DNA of 46,383 nucleotides, from positions 1 through 46,383 of IMG/VR virus record IMGVR_UViG_3300015203_000015. One strand, 5' to 3'. Positions within the stretch are counted from its first letter, which is position 1. Each line of letters starts with the position of its first letter. Under the pieces are notes generated by a model. The model did not search any database. It saw nothing but the letters and a program-made list of their open reading frames with translations, and had not been told where the DNA came from. The position numbers were made by a program, and so were the translations under genes. Origin of the DNA: a virus (taxonomy: Duplodnaviria; Caudoviricetes). Positions 28,209 to 38,637 of the stretch are shown one piece after another.

Positions 28209-29129
28209 ATGAGCGTTTCATCGATTTGGATGTTGCACGGGATCATGTTTCCCGGCGGCCAATTCTTGAGCCAACTGTCGGACGCCGTGCCGTCGCCCAA
28301 CGTCGTGGATCTGATCGGCCGCGCCACCGGCCATCCGGATCCGTTGTTCATCGCGAACCGCGAGGAGAAGGTCGATCAGAAGTTCACGACGACGCAGATC
28401 AAAACAATGCTGGATCTGTGCGGTGCGACGTTCTTCGCCGACCTGTCGGCCGGCAACACCGATTTGCAATATAAGGCCGGCGCCAATTTGGGTGTGCGGC
28501 AGGCCGCCGCCAGCACCGTCCATCAACGGCTGCGCATGACGACCGGCGCCGTTTACTGGGATGGGCTCTCGGTCGAGCACCAGCAGGACGCGGTGATGAA
28601 CGGCCGAATCGTGCCGATTTTCGATGGCACGCACTCGCCGCTGATCCCCGCGGGCGGCGTGGCGCTGACCGGCACACCGACCGCGGGTGAGTTTTTCACG
28701 CTGGGCCCGGTCGAAATCAATGGTAGCGAACTGGCCGGCGTGAAATCGTGGAAGCTCGATCTCGGCAACGTGATCATCGAAGAGAGCGCCACGGGCGATA
28801 TCTATATCACCTATTGCGGGCTCGGCGAGCGGCAACCGTCGCTCGAGGTCATGAGCCTCGAGGCCGGCGCGTGGAACACCTTCGGGCTGGATGGCCTCGC
28901 CCTTTCGAGCCTGGTGTTTTTCCTGCGGCGCAAAGCCGCGGACGGTAACAATGTGGCCAATGCCACGGCGACTCACACCTCGTTCACGGCCACCAGCGGC
29001 AAGGTGAACCTGATCAATTCGAGCGGCGGCGGCAACACGCCTGTCGTTACCGGCATCCGGATCCCGCTGCGGGCCAGTTCGTCATCCGCTGCGATCCTGG
29101 CAATCAATACGGCCACGGCCATCACCTAA
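28209..29129 (+). CDS. putative major tail tube protein
   Basis: AGGAGG RBS; ~306 aa beta-rich; synteny before chaperone and tape measure. Confidence 0.65.
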   Translation: MSVSSIWMLHGIMFPGGQFLSQLSDAVPSPNVVDLIGRATGHPDPLFIANREEKVDQKFTTTQIKTMLDLCGATFFADLSAGNTDLQYKAGANLGVRQAAASTVHQRLRMTTGAVYWDGLSVEHQQDAVMNGRIVPIFDGTHSPLIPAGGVALTGTPTAGEFFTLGPVEINGSELAGVKSWKLDLGNVIIEESATGDIYITYCGLGERQPSLEVMSLEAGAWNTFGLDGLALSSLVFFLRRKAADGNNVANATATHTSFTATSGKVNLINSSGGGNTPVVTGIRIPLRASSSSAAILAINTATAIT

Positions 29130-29167
29130 AAGCGAACCACTCACCACCAATCATCGGAGTTTCCGCC

Positions 29168-29722
29168 ATGCTTGAAATCGACATCCAATCGAAGGACTTT
29201 GACCTGGCCCGAGACGCGGTCGCGGAAGTGCGCGGCATCACCGCCGCGGCCGCGGCAAAGTTCCTCTGTTTGCTGCGGGCCACGCAGTTCGAACGCCTGG
29301 TGAATGCCAGCAAGCAGGCCGTCGCCGATCGCCGCTGCGCGCTGGTGCAGATCGCGCTTGCGCAGACTCTGGCTGAAATGGCGCAGGCCGCCGCGCACAG
29401 AGCGCTCACCAGCTTGAGCCAGTTGGCCGCCGGCCACGACGTGGCGGGCGCGACGACCGAGTTCATCGGGCAGGCCGAAGACCTGGCCAATCAGTCGCTC
29501 GATCTGGCGACCAAAGCGGCCAACAGCGCGGCACTGGCGGACGACTCGACCCAAAATGCCTCGTCGACTGAAACTGACGCCGCCGCAGACGCGCCAGGTT
29601 CGCTTGACGCTGCCGCGGGCGACGAAGCGAACGACGAGACGCTTCAGCTCGATGTATCGCCACCCGAGGCGGCACACGCGGCCACGGACGTCGCGAGCGG
29701 TCCCGAGACCGAGCAGGCCTGA
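29168..29722 (+). CDS. hypothetical Ala-rich protein with acidic tail
   Basis: GGAG RBS; low-complexity acidic C-terminus. Confidence 0.6.
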   Translation: MLEIDIQSKDFDLARDAVAEVRGITAAAAAKFLCLLRATQFERLVNASKQAVADRRCALVQIALAQTLAEMAQAAAHRALTSLSQLAAGHDVAGATTEFIGQAEDLANQSLDLATKAANSAALADDSTQNASSTETDAAADAPGSLDAAAGDEANDETLQLDVSPPEAAHAATDVASGPETEQA

Positions 29723-29782
29723 TCCGCGGGCTGCTATCACGCGCGTGATTCGTTCCCGACCCGCAACACCTGGTGCACAGCA

Positions 29783-30577
29783 ATGGCTTCGCCGCTTTAT
29801 TTTTTCCCCGGGATCCGACTCGAGTCGATTGTCAAAAACAATCGGCTCGATCTGGCCTTCCTCGCCGGCCGCGGCGTCGCGCCAGCATTCGCGGGCATTC
29901 GCGACGTGCGCTCCCAGATGAGCGTCCAGGAGCTGCGCGCCCATGGCCCGGGCAATCATTCGGGGGCGTTGTTGACGGTAGTGGCCGGCGATGTGCCGCT
30001 GCGGCTCGGGTTCTTCCCGGACTTCCAGACGTGGCACGAGCGGCCGGCCGGCTGTGAGGCCTGGGTCGGGCTCGATCGCGAATACCCGCCCATGCCGGCG
30101 AACCTGGCTCACGCTGTGTTGATGCGCGGCCACGACGTCGAATTGAGCGACGGCAATTTCTGGCACGTGCCGATCGTCCGCAGCCCCTTCGATCGCGATG
30201 CCATGGGGCGCAGCAGTTTGCCGCGGGATTTTAGCTACGACCAATCCGGGCGCGCCATATCGACGCGCCAGTCATCCAGCGATCAGGTCTGGGAGCTCTC
30301 GGCCGCGGCATGGGATCACACGATGTGCCCGGCGCAGATGCCATCGCTCAATCTAAGCCTGCTTCTGGAACTGTGCGTCTCGACGATCGGCTTGAATTAT
30401 CGGTTTGGAAAAGTGGAACAGGAACTCCTCCGCCCGATCAATTCGGCCAACTGGGAAGCGATCTCGGATGCTTTGTTGGACGTGCCCTTGCTGGAAGAGC
30501 GCGTGGAGTTGGAAAAAAAAAATCAGGCGGCCCTTCAAGCGGGCTTGCCGAGTGCCTCGCCTGGTGTCGAGGACTGA
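29783..30577 (+). CDS. tail assembly chaperone (G-like)
   Basis: Directly upstream of the tape measure gene; slippery GGAAAAAAAAAA near its 3' end. Confidence 0.65.
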   Translation: MASPLYFFPGIRLESIVKNNRLDLAFLAGRGVAPAFAGIRDVRSQMSVQELRAHGPGNHSGALLTVVAGDVPLRLGFFPDFQTWHERPAGCEAWVGLDREYPPMPANLAHAVLMRGHDVELSDGNFWHVPIVRSPFDRDAMGRSSLPRDFSYDQSGRAISTRQSSSDQVWELSAAAWDHTMCPAQMPSLNLSLLLELCVSTIGLNYRFGKVEQELLRPINSANWEAISDALLDVPLLEERVELEKKNQAALQAGLPSASPGVED

Positions 30578-30678
30578 GACCCAATCATCGGCCCAGCCGG
30601 GCCGATCTGTACATCGCTGTCTTGGAAAGTCGCCGCGCGACCGCCGTGACGCACAACTACTTCGCGATCAAACGCTAG
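30511..30678 (+). other. -1 programmed frameshift site and GT-like extension
   Basis: A10 at 30513-30522; the -1 frame stays open to TAG at 30678, 6 nt before the tape measure ATG. Confidence 0.7.
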
Positions 30679-30684
30679 GCAGAC

Positions 30685-32172
30685 ATGGTTGTCCAGCAAA
30701 CATTCACAGGCAACGCCAACCAGCTGCTCGCTGAGCTGAAGCGGCTCGAGTCGCAGAACCTCAAATTGCAGCAGGGGCAGGCTCAGCATGCGGCCCAGTC
30801 GCACCGGCAACATAACGAAGCTCTGAAATTTGCCGACGAGCAGGTGCGAGCCGCCAAGCGGCAAGCTCTTGGGTGGGTGACCGGCTTCGTTTCGATCGAG
30901 CGCGGCATCGACGGGGTCAAAGAAGCCTACGCCGAGTTGGGCCATCTGATGAGCGAAGTCGCCGAGAAGGCGAAGGAAAACAATATCGAGATCCTGCGTA
31001 GCATCGGCCTGGCAGGTGAAGCAGCTCGGGCCGGCGAGATCTATTCGCGACTCGGCAAGGTGCCGGGCGTTGCGCGCTCCGATGCGGCCGCCGCGTATGA
31101 AGGAGTGCGCAGCGGAGCCCCAAACGCGTTGGATCTCGACAAGAGGTTGAGCCTGACGGAATCCGTGAGCCGCTACGCGCGCCTCGGGCAGCACATTGAT
31201 CTCCGCCAAATGGGCACGCACGCGGGAATGATGAGCGAGCTATTCCCGGGCAAGTCGCCGGATGAGATCGCCGATATCACGCGCGTGGCCGAGCAAAAGT
31301 TGGGCGACTTCGCGGGGCCATTCTTTAGCCGTCGGCAATTCCCGAAGATCCGCAAGCTCGTCAAGCTCGGCGTTTATGGCTCGGAGGCGGATGCCCTGGG
31401 CGAGCTGATTCCAGCGGCGTCAGACAATCCAACGCTGGCGACGGAGCTGGAAGCGGCTACCGAGAAGCGTTGGGAGAAGGTGCGTGGCCATGCGGCGCAT
31501 ACCGAGAAGGGTAAAGCGGAGAATCGGCTGGCATCTGCAAAAACGCCGGCCGAGCGAGCAGCCATCTTGCGCAGTCTGAATCCGGAGATCGCTGGCGAGC
31601 TGGGCGTGCATTGGGCCGCCGGTGCGAGCCCGGAGAAGTCGGCCGCTGTCGCCCAGGCGATTCGCGAGGCCCAGGGCAATCTTGGTCGCGAAGAGACGGC
31701 ATTCGCCCGAACTCCGACGGGTGCCGAAGCGCAGGCAAACTACGCGGCCGAGACGGCCACCGGGAAAGTCGAAGAAGAGTCCTACGTTGACGCGGAGGAA
31801 AAGGAATCCCGAGCGAATAAGGCGTTCTACGAGCAGTTTGCCAAAGACCATCCTGGCGAGAGCGGCAAGACGATTAGCGCCGGAGCTTCCTATTGGGCTC
31901 AGCGCTCGCTGTTAGGCCTGTACCGCATGGCCGGACGGATCGCGGGCGAAGAAGATCCGAACAAGTTTGCCCTGCAACAGATGGAAGTCGAGTCGGAAAA
32001 CAAGCCGATGAGCCGCCGTTACGCGAGCGGACAGGCCGCCGTCGAGGCGGGCCAAGCGGCCGAGGAAAGACGCCAATCGCTAGAAGTCCAGAAGCAACAA
32101 CTCGACGAGCTCAAGAAACTCAATAGCCGTCCCTCAAGCGCCGCCACTGTCAGCGGCAGCACGGAAGAATAA
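30685..32172 (+). CDS. tape measure protein (short, 495 aa)
   Basis: Ala/Glu-rich helical protein after the chaperone; C-terminal LEVQKQQLDELKKL motif. Confidence 0.75.
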   Translation: MVVQQTFTGNANQLLAELKRLESQNLKLQQGQAQHAAQSHRQHNEALKFADEQVRAAKRQALGWVTGFVSIERGIDGVKEAYAELGHLMSEVAEKAKENNIEILRSIGLAGEAARAGEIYSRLGKVPGVARSDAAAAYEGVRSGAPNALDLDKRLSLTESVSRYARLGQHIDLRQMGTHAGMMSELFPGKSPDEIADITRVAEQKLGDFAGPFFSRRQFPKIRKLVKLGVYGSEADALGELIPAASDNPTLATELEAATEKRWEKVRGHAAHTEKGKAENRLASAKTPAERAAILRSLNPEIAGELGVHWAAGASPEKSAAVAQAIREAQGNLGREETAFARTPTGAEAQANYAAETATGKVEEESYVDAEEKESRANKAFYEQFAKDHPGESGKTISAGASYWAQRSLLGLYRMAGRIAGEEDPNKFALQQMEVESENKPMSRRYASGQAAVEAGQAAEERRQSLEVQKQQLDELKKLNSRPSSAATVSGSTEE

Positions 32173-32199
32173 CCAAACCTCAGCCCACGATGCCCAACA

Positions 32200-32613
32200 T
32201 TGCCGATCGTCCTAAACCAAATTGGTTCGTTTTACTTCATCGAGCTCGCCGGCAACCCAGAGGCCGTCAAGCAGCAGATCGCGCTCTATACCCGCAGCGG
32301 AGTGGATGGCGTGACGGTGGTCGACGACGGCGCGCGAGGAACGCCCTTTGTCCTGCGGAGCAAAGTCGACTGCACGAGCTATTCCGTCGGCCGGGCGACC
32401 TACCTGGCCTATCGGCAGCTGATCGGCGCTTCGCCGGTGGACATGACCTGGCAGGATCTCGAGTTGGCCAGCGAGGACGTGAGTTTTTGCGTGCTGAATG
32501 TGACCCAACAAGTATTGCGACCGATCCTGGTGGCCAGCGGCGGACTGTATCCGCCCAGCCTGGCGTGGCTCGAATGCGATTGGACGATGATCGCCGTGGC
32601 GAATGAAGCGTAG
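32200..32613 (+). CDS. putative distal tail / baseplate protein
   Basis: Synteny after tape measure; RSGVDGV....G.RG.PF.L.S pattern. Confidence 0.55.
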   Translation: MPIVLNQIGSFYFIELAGNPEAVKQQIALYTRSGVDGVTVVDDGARGTPFVLRSKVDCTSYSVGRATYLAYRQLIGASPVDMTWQDLELASEDVSFCVLNVTQQVLRPILVASGGLYPPSLAWLECDWTMIAVANEA

Positions 32614-32640
32614 GAAGAAAAACACAGAGGGAGCGATCCA

Positions 32641-33141
32641 ATGGCTACGACTGTAAAAGCGACTTTGAACTTCGGGATGCTGTGCACCGAAGTGCTCGAT
32701 GCTGCGATTGTTCCGGGCGCGAATGCCCCGACGGTCATTCATAACAAATTCGAGACCAAGATCACGCTGGACGGCGCGAGTACTCCGCCGGTGTCCTTCG
32801 TCTCGGAGCAAGCGATCGCTTCGAGTGCCTCGGGCACGATCGACTTCACGTCGCTGCCGACGACCCAAGGCGCCCGCACCGCCGTCCCGCTCAAACTCCG
32901 CGGCCTGCGGATCGTCAACAACGGTACGCATCTTTTCTCGCTGGCCGTCGGCGGAACGAACGGTTATGCGATCGGCGGCTCCGCGATCAATGTACAGCCG
33001 AAATCCGTAGCAGGCCCCGGCTGCATCGAGGTGTTCTTCGCCGATGGACTGCTGGCCTCGGATGCGACGCACAAAACGCTCGACTACACGTTCAACGCCG
33101 GCGACGCCGGACCGGTGAATCTCACACTGCTGTTGGGGTAA
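32641..33141 (+). CDS. structural protein (beta-rich)
   Basis: GAGGGAG RBS; Thr/Gly-rich; in the tail module. Confidence 0.6.
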   Translation: MATTVKATLNFGMLCTEVLDAAIVPGANAPTVIHNKFETKITLDGASTPPVSFVSEQAIASSASGTIDFTSLPTTQGARTAVPLKLRGLRIVNNGTHLFSLAVGGTNGYAIGGSAINVQPKSVAGPGCIEVFFADGLLASDATHKTLDYTFNAGDAGPVNLTLLLG

Positions 33142-33214
33142 AGAAAAGAGGCCTCCGGCGGCCGGCGACGTCGCCGGTCACGGATTACGAGCAATCTTCA
33201 ACGGAGTTTTTCCA

Positions 33215-33523
33215 ATGACTGTCATCACGGACGATTCGGCCGGGACGATTCACCACGGCAGCGCCTCGATCGGCGCGACGCCCGCCCAGCTCTCCGCGAG
33301 CAAGGTCCCGCTCACGCGCGGCGTGAAAATCAAGGCGGGTTATGCCAACACGGGCCGGCTCTACGTCGGCACGGTCAACACCGTTACGGCGGCCTCGGCC
33401 GGCGCCACCGACGGCTTCGAACTGGCCGCCGGCGACAGCGAGTTTTTTCCGATCGATGATCTCTCGAAGATCTGGATCATCGCCAGTGGCGCCGGCCAGG
33501 CCGCTTATTTTTCCGCGTTCTGA
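33215..33523 (+). CDS. small structural protein
   Basis: GV.IKA...NTG.LYVG...GFELAAG pattern recalled from small phage tail proteins. Confidence 0.6.
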   Translation: MTVITDDSAGTIHHGSASIGATPAQLSASKVPLTRGVKIKAGYANTGRLYVGTVNTVTAASAGATDGFELAAGDSEFFPIDDLSKIWIIASGAGQAAYFSAF

Positions 33524-33539
33524 ACGAAGAGGCCTCCGG

Positions 33540-36365
33540 ATGACGACCACTCAACAACTGCTCCGCCGATCGAAGCGCAACGTGCAGCCCTACTTTGTCC
33601 GCGGCGTCAGCGGTGCCAAGCACGCACCGATGTGGACGCTGCATTCTTGCGCTCCGTCGTCGACAGTAAACCTTACGGGCCAGCCGTTCTCGGGTGTTCG
33701 CAACCCGCTGCTGCTCACTTGCAACGACGGCTCGATCATGGCCTTCGCGAAGGTTTTCGAGGGTGGTATTCAGGACTACAACGGCTGCGGGATCATCTTC
33801 AGCAAGAGCACCGACGGCGGCAAAACGTGGACCGTGCCGGCCCAGGCTTACCTCAAGAGCAACTACTCGGCCGATCGCAAGCACTGGCTCGACGAGGTTT
33901 CTGTCGGCCAGTCGGCCGGCGGCCGGATCTTTCTGTTCTGGATTGAGTTCGATTCGACGGACGGCACGACCAACACCTGCACGTCCTCGGTTCAATACTG
34001 CAAGAGCGATGACGGCGGCACGACATGGAGTGCGAACGTCGACATCACGGCCACGACCAAGAAGGTCGATAACACGCATCCGACCTCAGAGGCCACGATT
34101 CTGGCGAGCACGTACGCCAAAACGAATGCGATCTGGGGATGGATGGGCACCGGGCCGGGGACCGCGGTCACGCTCAAGCTGGGAGCGCTGGCGGGGCGGA
34201 TGATCGTGCCTGGCACACATCGCTACATTTTCGCCAACACCTTCGGCGACTTTGACACGAGCACCAATAGCTACAACCATACGATGATCTGCGACAACCC
34301 GGACGCAGTGACCCCGGCCTTTCATCTCGGTGGCGGCCTGATCGAAAGCACGGCCGGCAACCTCGACGCGAACGAGTGTTGCATGGTCGAGTGTGCGAAT
34401 GGCGATCTATACGCCAACTTCCGCAACCGCGGCAACGGTGTCACGACCCGCTACAGCTCGCGCTCGACCGATCAGGGCCTCACCTGGGCGACGCACGCCG
34501 CTGAGTCGGTTCAAGCAGCCAGTGCCGAGGCCTCGGCGATGTGCAAGCTCGCCAACGGCAACATCGTGCTGTTGTCAAACAATGACACCGCCTTGAGATC
34601 CAAGGGGAGCATTTTCCTCAGTGCCGACAACGGCTTGACCTGGACATTGAAGAAGACGGTCTGGGAGACGATCTTCGGCTATTGTGCGATCTGCTGCCCC
34701 GGCGGCCAGAACATGCTCGCGATGTTTGAGTGTGTGGAGAACACGCAAGCCTCCGGAGGGCCGATCAGTGACGGATTTGCCTCCTTCCAGATGATCCACC
34801 TCCGTGGGTTCAATTTGCTGTGGGTCAATAGCACCCAACCCACGCAGGCGGGGTACATTCAGCACTGGTTCAACGAAGCGACGAGCGGCGCCGTTATTCA
34901 GACTCAAGACCATGGCACGGGCGGCTATCCGGCCTTTGGAGCTGGATCGGCCAAGCCCAGCTACGGCGCCAATGGGATCACGTTCGCGGGAGACACCACG
35001 ACTAAGCTGATCCTCCAGCCCGCCCAGACGACGACCCTCGGCGGCCCCTGGGACATGCGCACCGACTCTTGCACAATCGAGCTGCAAGGCGTGAAGTTCA
35101 CCTTCACGCCTGGGGTGGAATTCAACGCGTTCGTTGATCTGGGCCAGTCACCGAATTGCTTGATCCGACTGAATGCCAGCGAGAATGCCCACGCTGGAGT
35201 GGATTGGGAAGTCAACGCCAAGATCGTGAGCACCGGCGATATTCTCAGTGGCACACTCTACGACATCGTCTGTGTGCGTGACAACGCTGCTGGCAAGTAC
35301 AGCATTTACAAGGCACTGGCTGGAACTGGAAATTACGTATTAGGCAGTCAGGACACGGCCAGTGCGGCCACCAATTTCCATTCCAATCTCGATCACACGA
35401 TGGGCTATAGTGCCACCGATGCTTCGGGGCAGGTAGCGACGATCCAAGGGATCCGCTTCACCCGGGCCGCCCTCGCGCCTTCGCAATTCACCCCCTGCCC
35501 GGCCAGCCCAGAAACGCCGGCCCAGCTCTACGGATACACGCCTCCGGCTCTGACCACGAACCCAGCGGCGTTGAGTGGCACGCTGAAGCTGTGGATGTAC
35601 AAGACGAGCGACGGCGGCCAGCTCTGCTCCGTCGAGGGCTATACCGGGAGCTCACCGCCGCCCTTGCCGGCCCCGCGCGGGATGGGGATTTGTTCTTATC
35701 GCGATCCGATCTACGGCGGCCTCTATACGAACGGCACCAGCCGGGGAGCCTGGTGGGACAGCGACGCGACGGTCGGCATTCACGTGCGGCAGAGCTACGT
35801 TTCCGCGGGCAGCGCCGGCGGACCGATGGTCGAGTCGGTGCTCTCCAAGCAGATCGACCACATCCAGAACATCGGCACGTTCGCCATCTCCTTTGCGGTG
35901 AACTTCCACACCGACACGACCGAGAACATTCTGGACACGAGCGGCGCCGGCGGCCATCCCGGCATTCGGATCTGGCGCGAAGGCGCCAGTGGTTTGTTGT
36001 CGATCCGGATCTGGAAGGACGCCGCGGACAACAAGGTTTTCGAGCAGACGTCGATCGGCGGCACGGCCCTGGCGATCAACACCTGGTACCGGGTCACGAT
36101 CTGCGGCAACGGATCGGGGAATACCCTGGCGATCTACATCACCACGCTCGCCGACCAGGTGCTGCGGACCAATGGCCCGATCAACACGTCGGCGACCTTC
36201 GGTACGGCCGGCACGTACAACTCGACAAACGTGATCACGATTGGCGACAAGAGCGACAACACGGCGCCCTGCGATGCTCGCTGGAAAAACTTCTTGGTTT
36301 ACTCCGGCGCTCCGTTGACCCAGCAGAACCACGTCGACCTGGCCGTCTTCGACACGCAGCACTGA
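33540..36365 (+). CDS. sialidase-like (GH33 BNR/Asp-box beta-propeller) tail protein with LamG/ConA-like C-terminal domains
   Basis: RNP (RIP-like) motif; four Asp boxes (STDGGKTW, SDDGGTTW, STDQGLTW, SADNGLTW); NECCMVE, NFR, GY; C-terminal NTWYRVTI...YSGAPLT LamG-type motif. Confidence 0.8.
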   Translation: MTTTQQLLRRSKRNVQPYFVRGVSGAKHAPMWTLHSCAPSSTVNLTGQPFSGVRNPLLLTCNDGSIMAFAKVFEGGIQDYNGCGIIFSKSTDGGKTWTVPAQAYLKSNYSADRKHWLDEVSVGQSAGGRIFLFWIEFDSTDGTTNTCTSSVQYCKSDDGGTTWSANVDITATTKKVDNTHPTSEATILASTYAKTNAIWGWMGTGPGTAVTLKLGALAGRMIVPGTHRYIFANTFGDFDTSTNSYNHTMICDNPDAVTPAFHLGGGLIESTAGNLDANECCMVECANGDLYANFRNRGNGVTTRYSSRSTDQGLTWATHAAESVQAASAEASAMCKLANGNIVLLSNNDTALRSKGSIFLSADNGLTWTLKKTVWETIFGYCAICCPGGQNMLAMFECVENTQASGGPISDGFASFQMIHLRGFNLLWVNSTQPTQAGYIQHWFNEATSGAVIQTQDHGTGGYPAFGAGSAKPSYGANGITFAGDTTTKLILQPAQTTTLGGPWDMRTDSCTIELQGVKFTFTPGVEFNAFVDLGQSPNCLIRLNASENAHAGVDWEVNAKIVSTGDILSGTLYDIVCVRDNAAGKYSIYKALAGTGNYVLGSQDTASAATNFHSNLDHTMGYSATDASGQVATIQGIRFTRAALAPSQFTPCPASPETPAQLYGYTPPALTTNPAALSGTLKLWMYKTSDGGQLCSVEGYTGSSPPPLPAPRGMGICSYRDPIYGGLYTNGTSRGAWWDSDATVGIHVRQSYVSAGSAGGPMVESVLSKQIDHIQNIGTFAISFAVNFHTDTTENILDTSGAGGHPGIRIWREGASGLLSIRIWKDAADNKVFEQTSIGGTALAINTWYRVTICGNGSGNTLAIYITTLADQVLRTNGPINTSATFGTAGTYNSTNVITIGDKSDNTAPCDARWKNFLVYSGAPLTQQNHVDLAVFDTQH

Positions 36366-36389
36366 TTATTTCGCGCGTGATACCAACAA

Positions 36390-38615
36390 ATGGCAGCGAC
36401 CGAAATCACCTTCGACAATCGCCCGCGCACGGTCCCGCCGCACACGGTCTATCTCAAATCGAGCTGGACGAGCGACTGGGTCGAGGAGCCGCATTTGCAC
36501 TGCGACTATTGCCAGTTTACCGCCAATCCGGACATGGCCCGCGCGCAGTTCACCTGGCTCTACGGCAATATTCTGCGGCCCGGCGATACGGCGTTCGAAG
36601 TGGTCGAGCGGCTGGATCACCTGCGCTCCTTCGTCAAAGTCGAATTTACCGAGCCGGCGCCCGAGGAAGAGGAAGGTGGCGAGCCGGACACGCCGGCACC
36701 GATCATCTGGTACGGGATTTTGGAGGAAGACAACGGGGAACAGAAGGGCATCCTGGCCAGCACGGAAGACGGCCACGGCCGCGGGCACCAGGTGCTGATC
36801 GCCTACGGCCTGGACATCATGCTCCACCGGCACGTGTTGCGCAGGAGCGTGGCGATCGGTCCGGAGGGAACCGAGATCACGATCCAGCGGGCGATTGAGT
36901 TCAACGCCAAGGCCCAGATTGATGGTCCCGACAAGGTCGAGACCGGCAACCGTTCGGCCGATCCAACCGAAGGCGGCACGTTCGTTTTCAGCAATGATCT
37001 GACGACGAGCCAATTCTGGTCCACCTTCAACGCCGTGGATTATCTGCTGACCCACCACGCTCCGGCCGACGAGGTCGACGACATTGTGGTTGAATGGGGA
37101 CTGGCGATCGATGGCCTGGGATCGCTGCCGACGTTCGACAAGCCGCGCAAGGCCTGCCATGGGCACACGCTCCGCCAGGTCCTCGACGAGTTGATGGACC
37201 GCCGCCGGCTGGTCGGCTACTCGCTCGACGTGGCCGTCGGCGAAGGCTCCGGTGGCACCGACATGATCGTGGTGCGGCCGTTCACGTTCACGCCCGAGGA
37301 TGTCTCGTTCGAGGACGATACCATCCGCGCCAACCCGGCGCAATTCTCGCTGGTGTTCGACGCCGACACGGCCGTGCAGACCGCGTTCGTCCGCAAGGCC
37401 ACGCTCGAAATGGTTGATCAGGTGATTTGCACGGGCGGCCGGATCGTGGCTTGTTTCTCGATGGCCGGCAGTGCCCTGGCCGGAGAAAACTTCGTCAAGC
37501 ATTGGACCGACGATCAACAAAGCCAATACGACACGGCGGCTTCCGAGAGCGACGGTTACGACGATTTGGATCTCTGGGAGCAAGAGCAGCGCAACAAAAT
37601 GTGCCGCGCTGGCGAGCACCTCAAACGGGTCTATTCGTACTTCGGGCTGCCCACGACTTGGGACGGCACGAACAACGAAGGCGATATCGTGTTCGAGGAT
37701 CGGGACAATCCGGGCGTGACGCTGCCGTTCTATTTGCCGCAGATCCGGTTCCTCTCGCATTTGCCGCTCAAGACCGATCACGATTACCGCGAGAACAACA
37801 TTGCCGACCTCGAGGTGCCCGACAACACGCCGACTGGGCAGAAATGGGAATACCGGCCGCCGTTCGTGGCGATCCTGTTGCCCAATACCGACCCCGATCG
37901 TTATCAGGCGCTCAACGCGTTGGCGCTTAATACCGAGTTCCCGCAGCCCAGCCTCGAGACGGCCGACGGTTTCAAATTCTCGGCCTCGGTGCGGATGCAG
38001 GACGACGCGCCCGGCATCGTCCTGACGATCAGCGGCCAAGAGCAGCATATCATCGCCAGCGAGGATTTCACGCCGCTCGAGGCCGACGATGCGGACATGG
38101 CCACATTCGACTGGAACGCGATCACGGCCACCGTGGCGATGGAGATCGACAAGTTCGTCGAGGGCCGCTGGCCCGATGCTCCCGTGGCCAGCCAGGTCGT
38201 ACGGCGGCTCGTGATCGATCTGGGGGACGAATACAAGCAGCATTGGGTCACCGCCAACACCGTGGTGGCCATCGACCCGGACACGGGCGATTTCCGCAAG
38301 ACCACGGGCGGCGGCTTCATTCGCGACGACTCTTCCAAGCTCCAGGCGCTCGCGCGGCTCGTCTACGAGTGGTACCACGTTGAACGGCAGAGCCTTGAGC
38401 TGCAACTGGCCTATATCTCCGGCGCGCTGAAGGTCGGCGACCTGATCACCACGATCGGCCAGGGCGATAGCCTGCAAACGATCAATTCGGTGATCACGGG
38501 CGTCAAATACGAGTTCCCGATGCAGGAGCTGAGCGAGAAGCCTCCCACCGCCAAGACCACCTTCACCACGCAGTTCGCCGAGCTCGACGCAAAGAAGTTC
38601 GTCGGCCACGGCTAG
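36390..38615 (+). CDS. baseplate hub / tail tip protein
   Basis: 741-aa acidic protein; C-terminal LKVGDLIT...VITGVKY motif; synteny. Confidence 0.65.
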   Translation: MAATEITFDNRPRTVPPHTVYLKSSWTSDWVEEPHLHCDYCQFTANPDMARAQFTWLYGNILRPGDTAFEVVERLDHLRSFVKVEFTEPAPEEEEGGEPDTPAPIIWYGILEEDNGEQKGILASTEDGHGRGHQVLIAYGLDIMLHRHVLRRSVAIGPEGTEITIQRAIEFNAKAQIDGPDKVETGNRSADPTEGGTFVFSNDLTTSQFWSTFNAVDYLLTHHAPADEVDDIVVEWGLAIDGLGSLPTFDKPRKACHGHTLRQVLDELMDRRRLVGYSLDVAVGEGSGGTDMIVVRPFTFTPEDVSFEDDTIRANPAQFSLVFDADTAVQTAFVRKATLEMVDQVICTGGRIVACFSMAGSALAGENFVKHWTDDQQSQYDTAASESDGYDDLDLWEQEQRNKMCRAGEHLKRVYSYFGLPTTWDGTNNEGDIVFEDRDNPGVTLPFYLPQIRFLSHLPLKTDHDYRENNIADLEVPDNTPTGQKWEYRPPFVAILLPNTDPDRYQALNALALNTEFPQPSLETADGFKFSASVRMQDDAPGIVLTISGQEQHIIASEDFTPLEADDADMATFDWNAITATVAMEIDKFVEGRWPDAPVASQVVRRLVIDLGDEYKQHWVTANTVVAIDPDTGDFRKTTGGGFIRDDSSKLQALARLVYEWYHVERQSLELQLAYISGALKVGDLITTIGQGDSLQTINSVITGVKYEFPMQELSEKPPTAKTTFTTQFAELDAKKFVGHG

Positions 38616-38637
38616 TCACTAATCCCCGATCACTGTT

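Noticed and set aside
34893-34900. Extra GTTATTCA match to the antisense loop
   Set aside because: Isolated 8-mer inside a coding region without the partner motif or hairpin; expected by chance.
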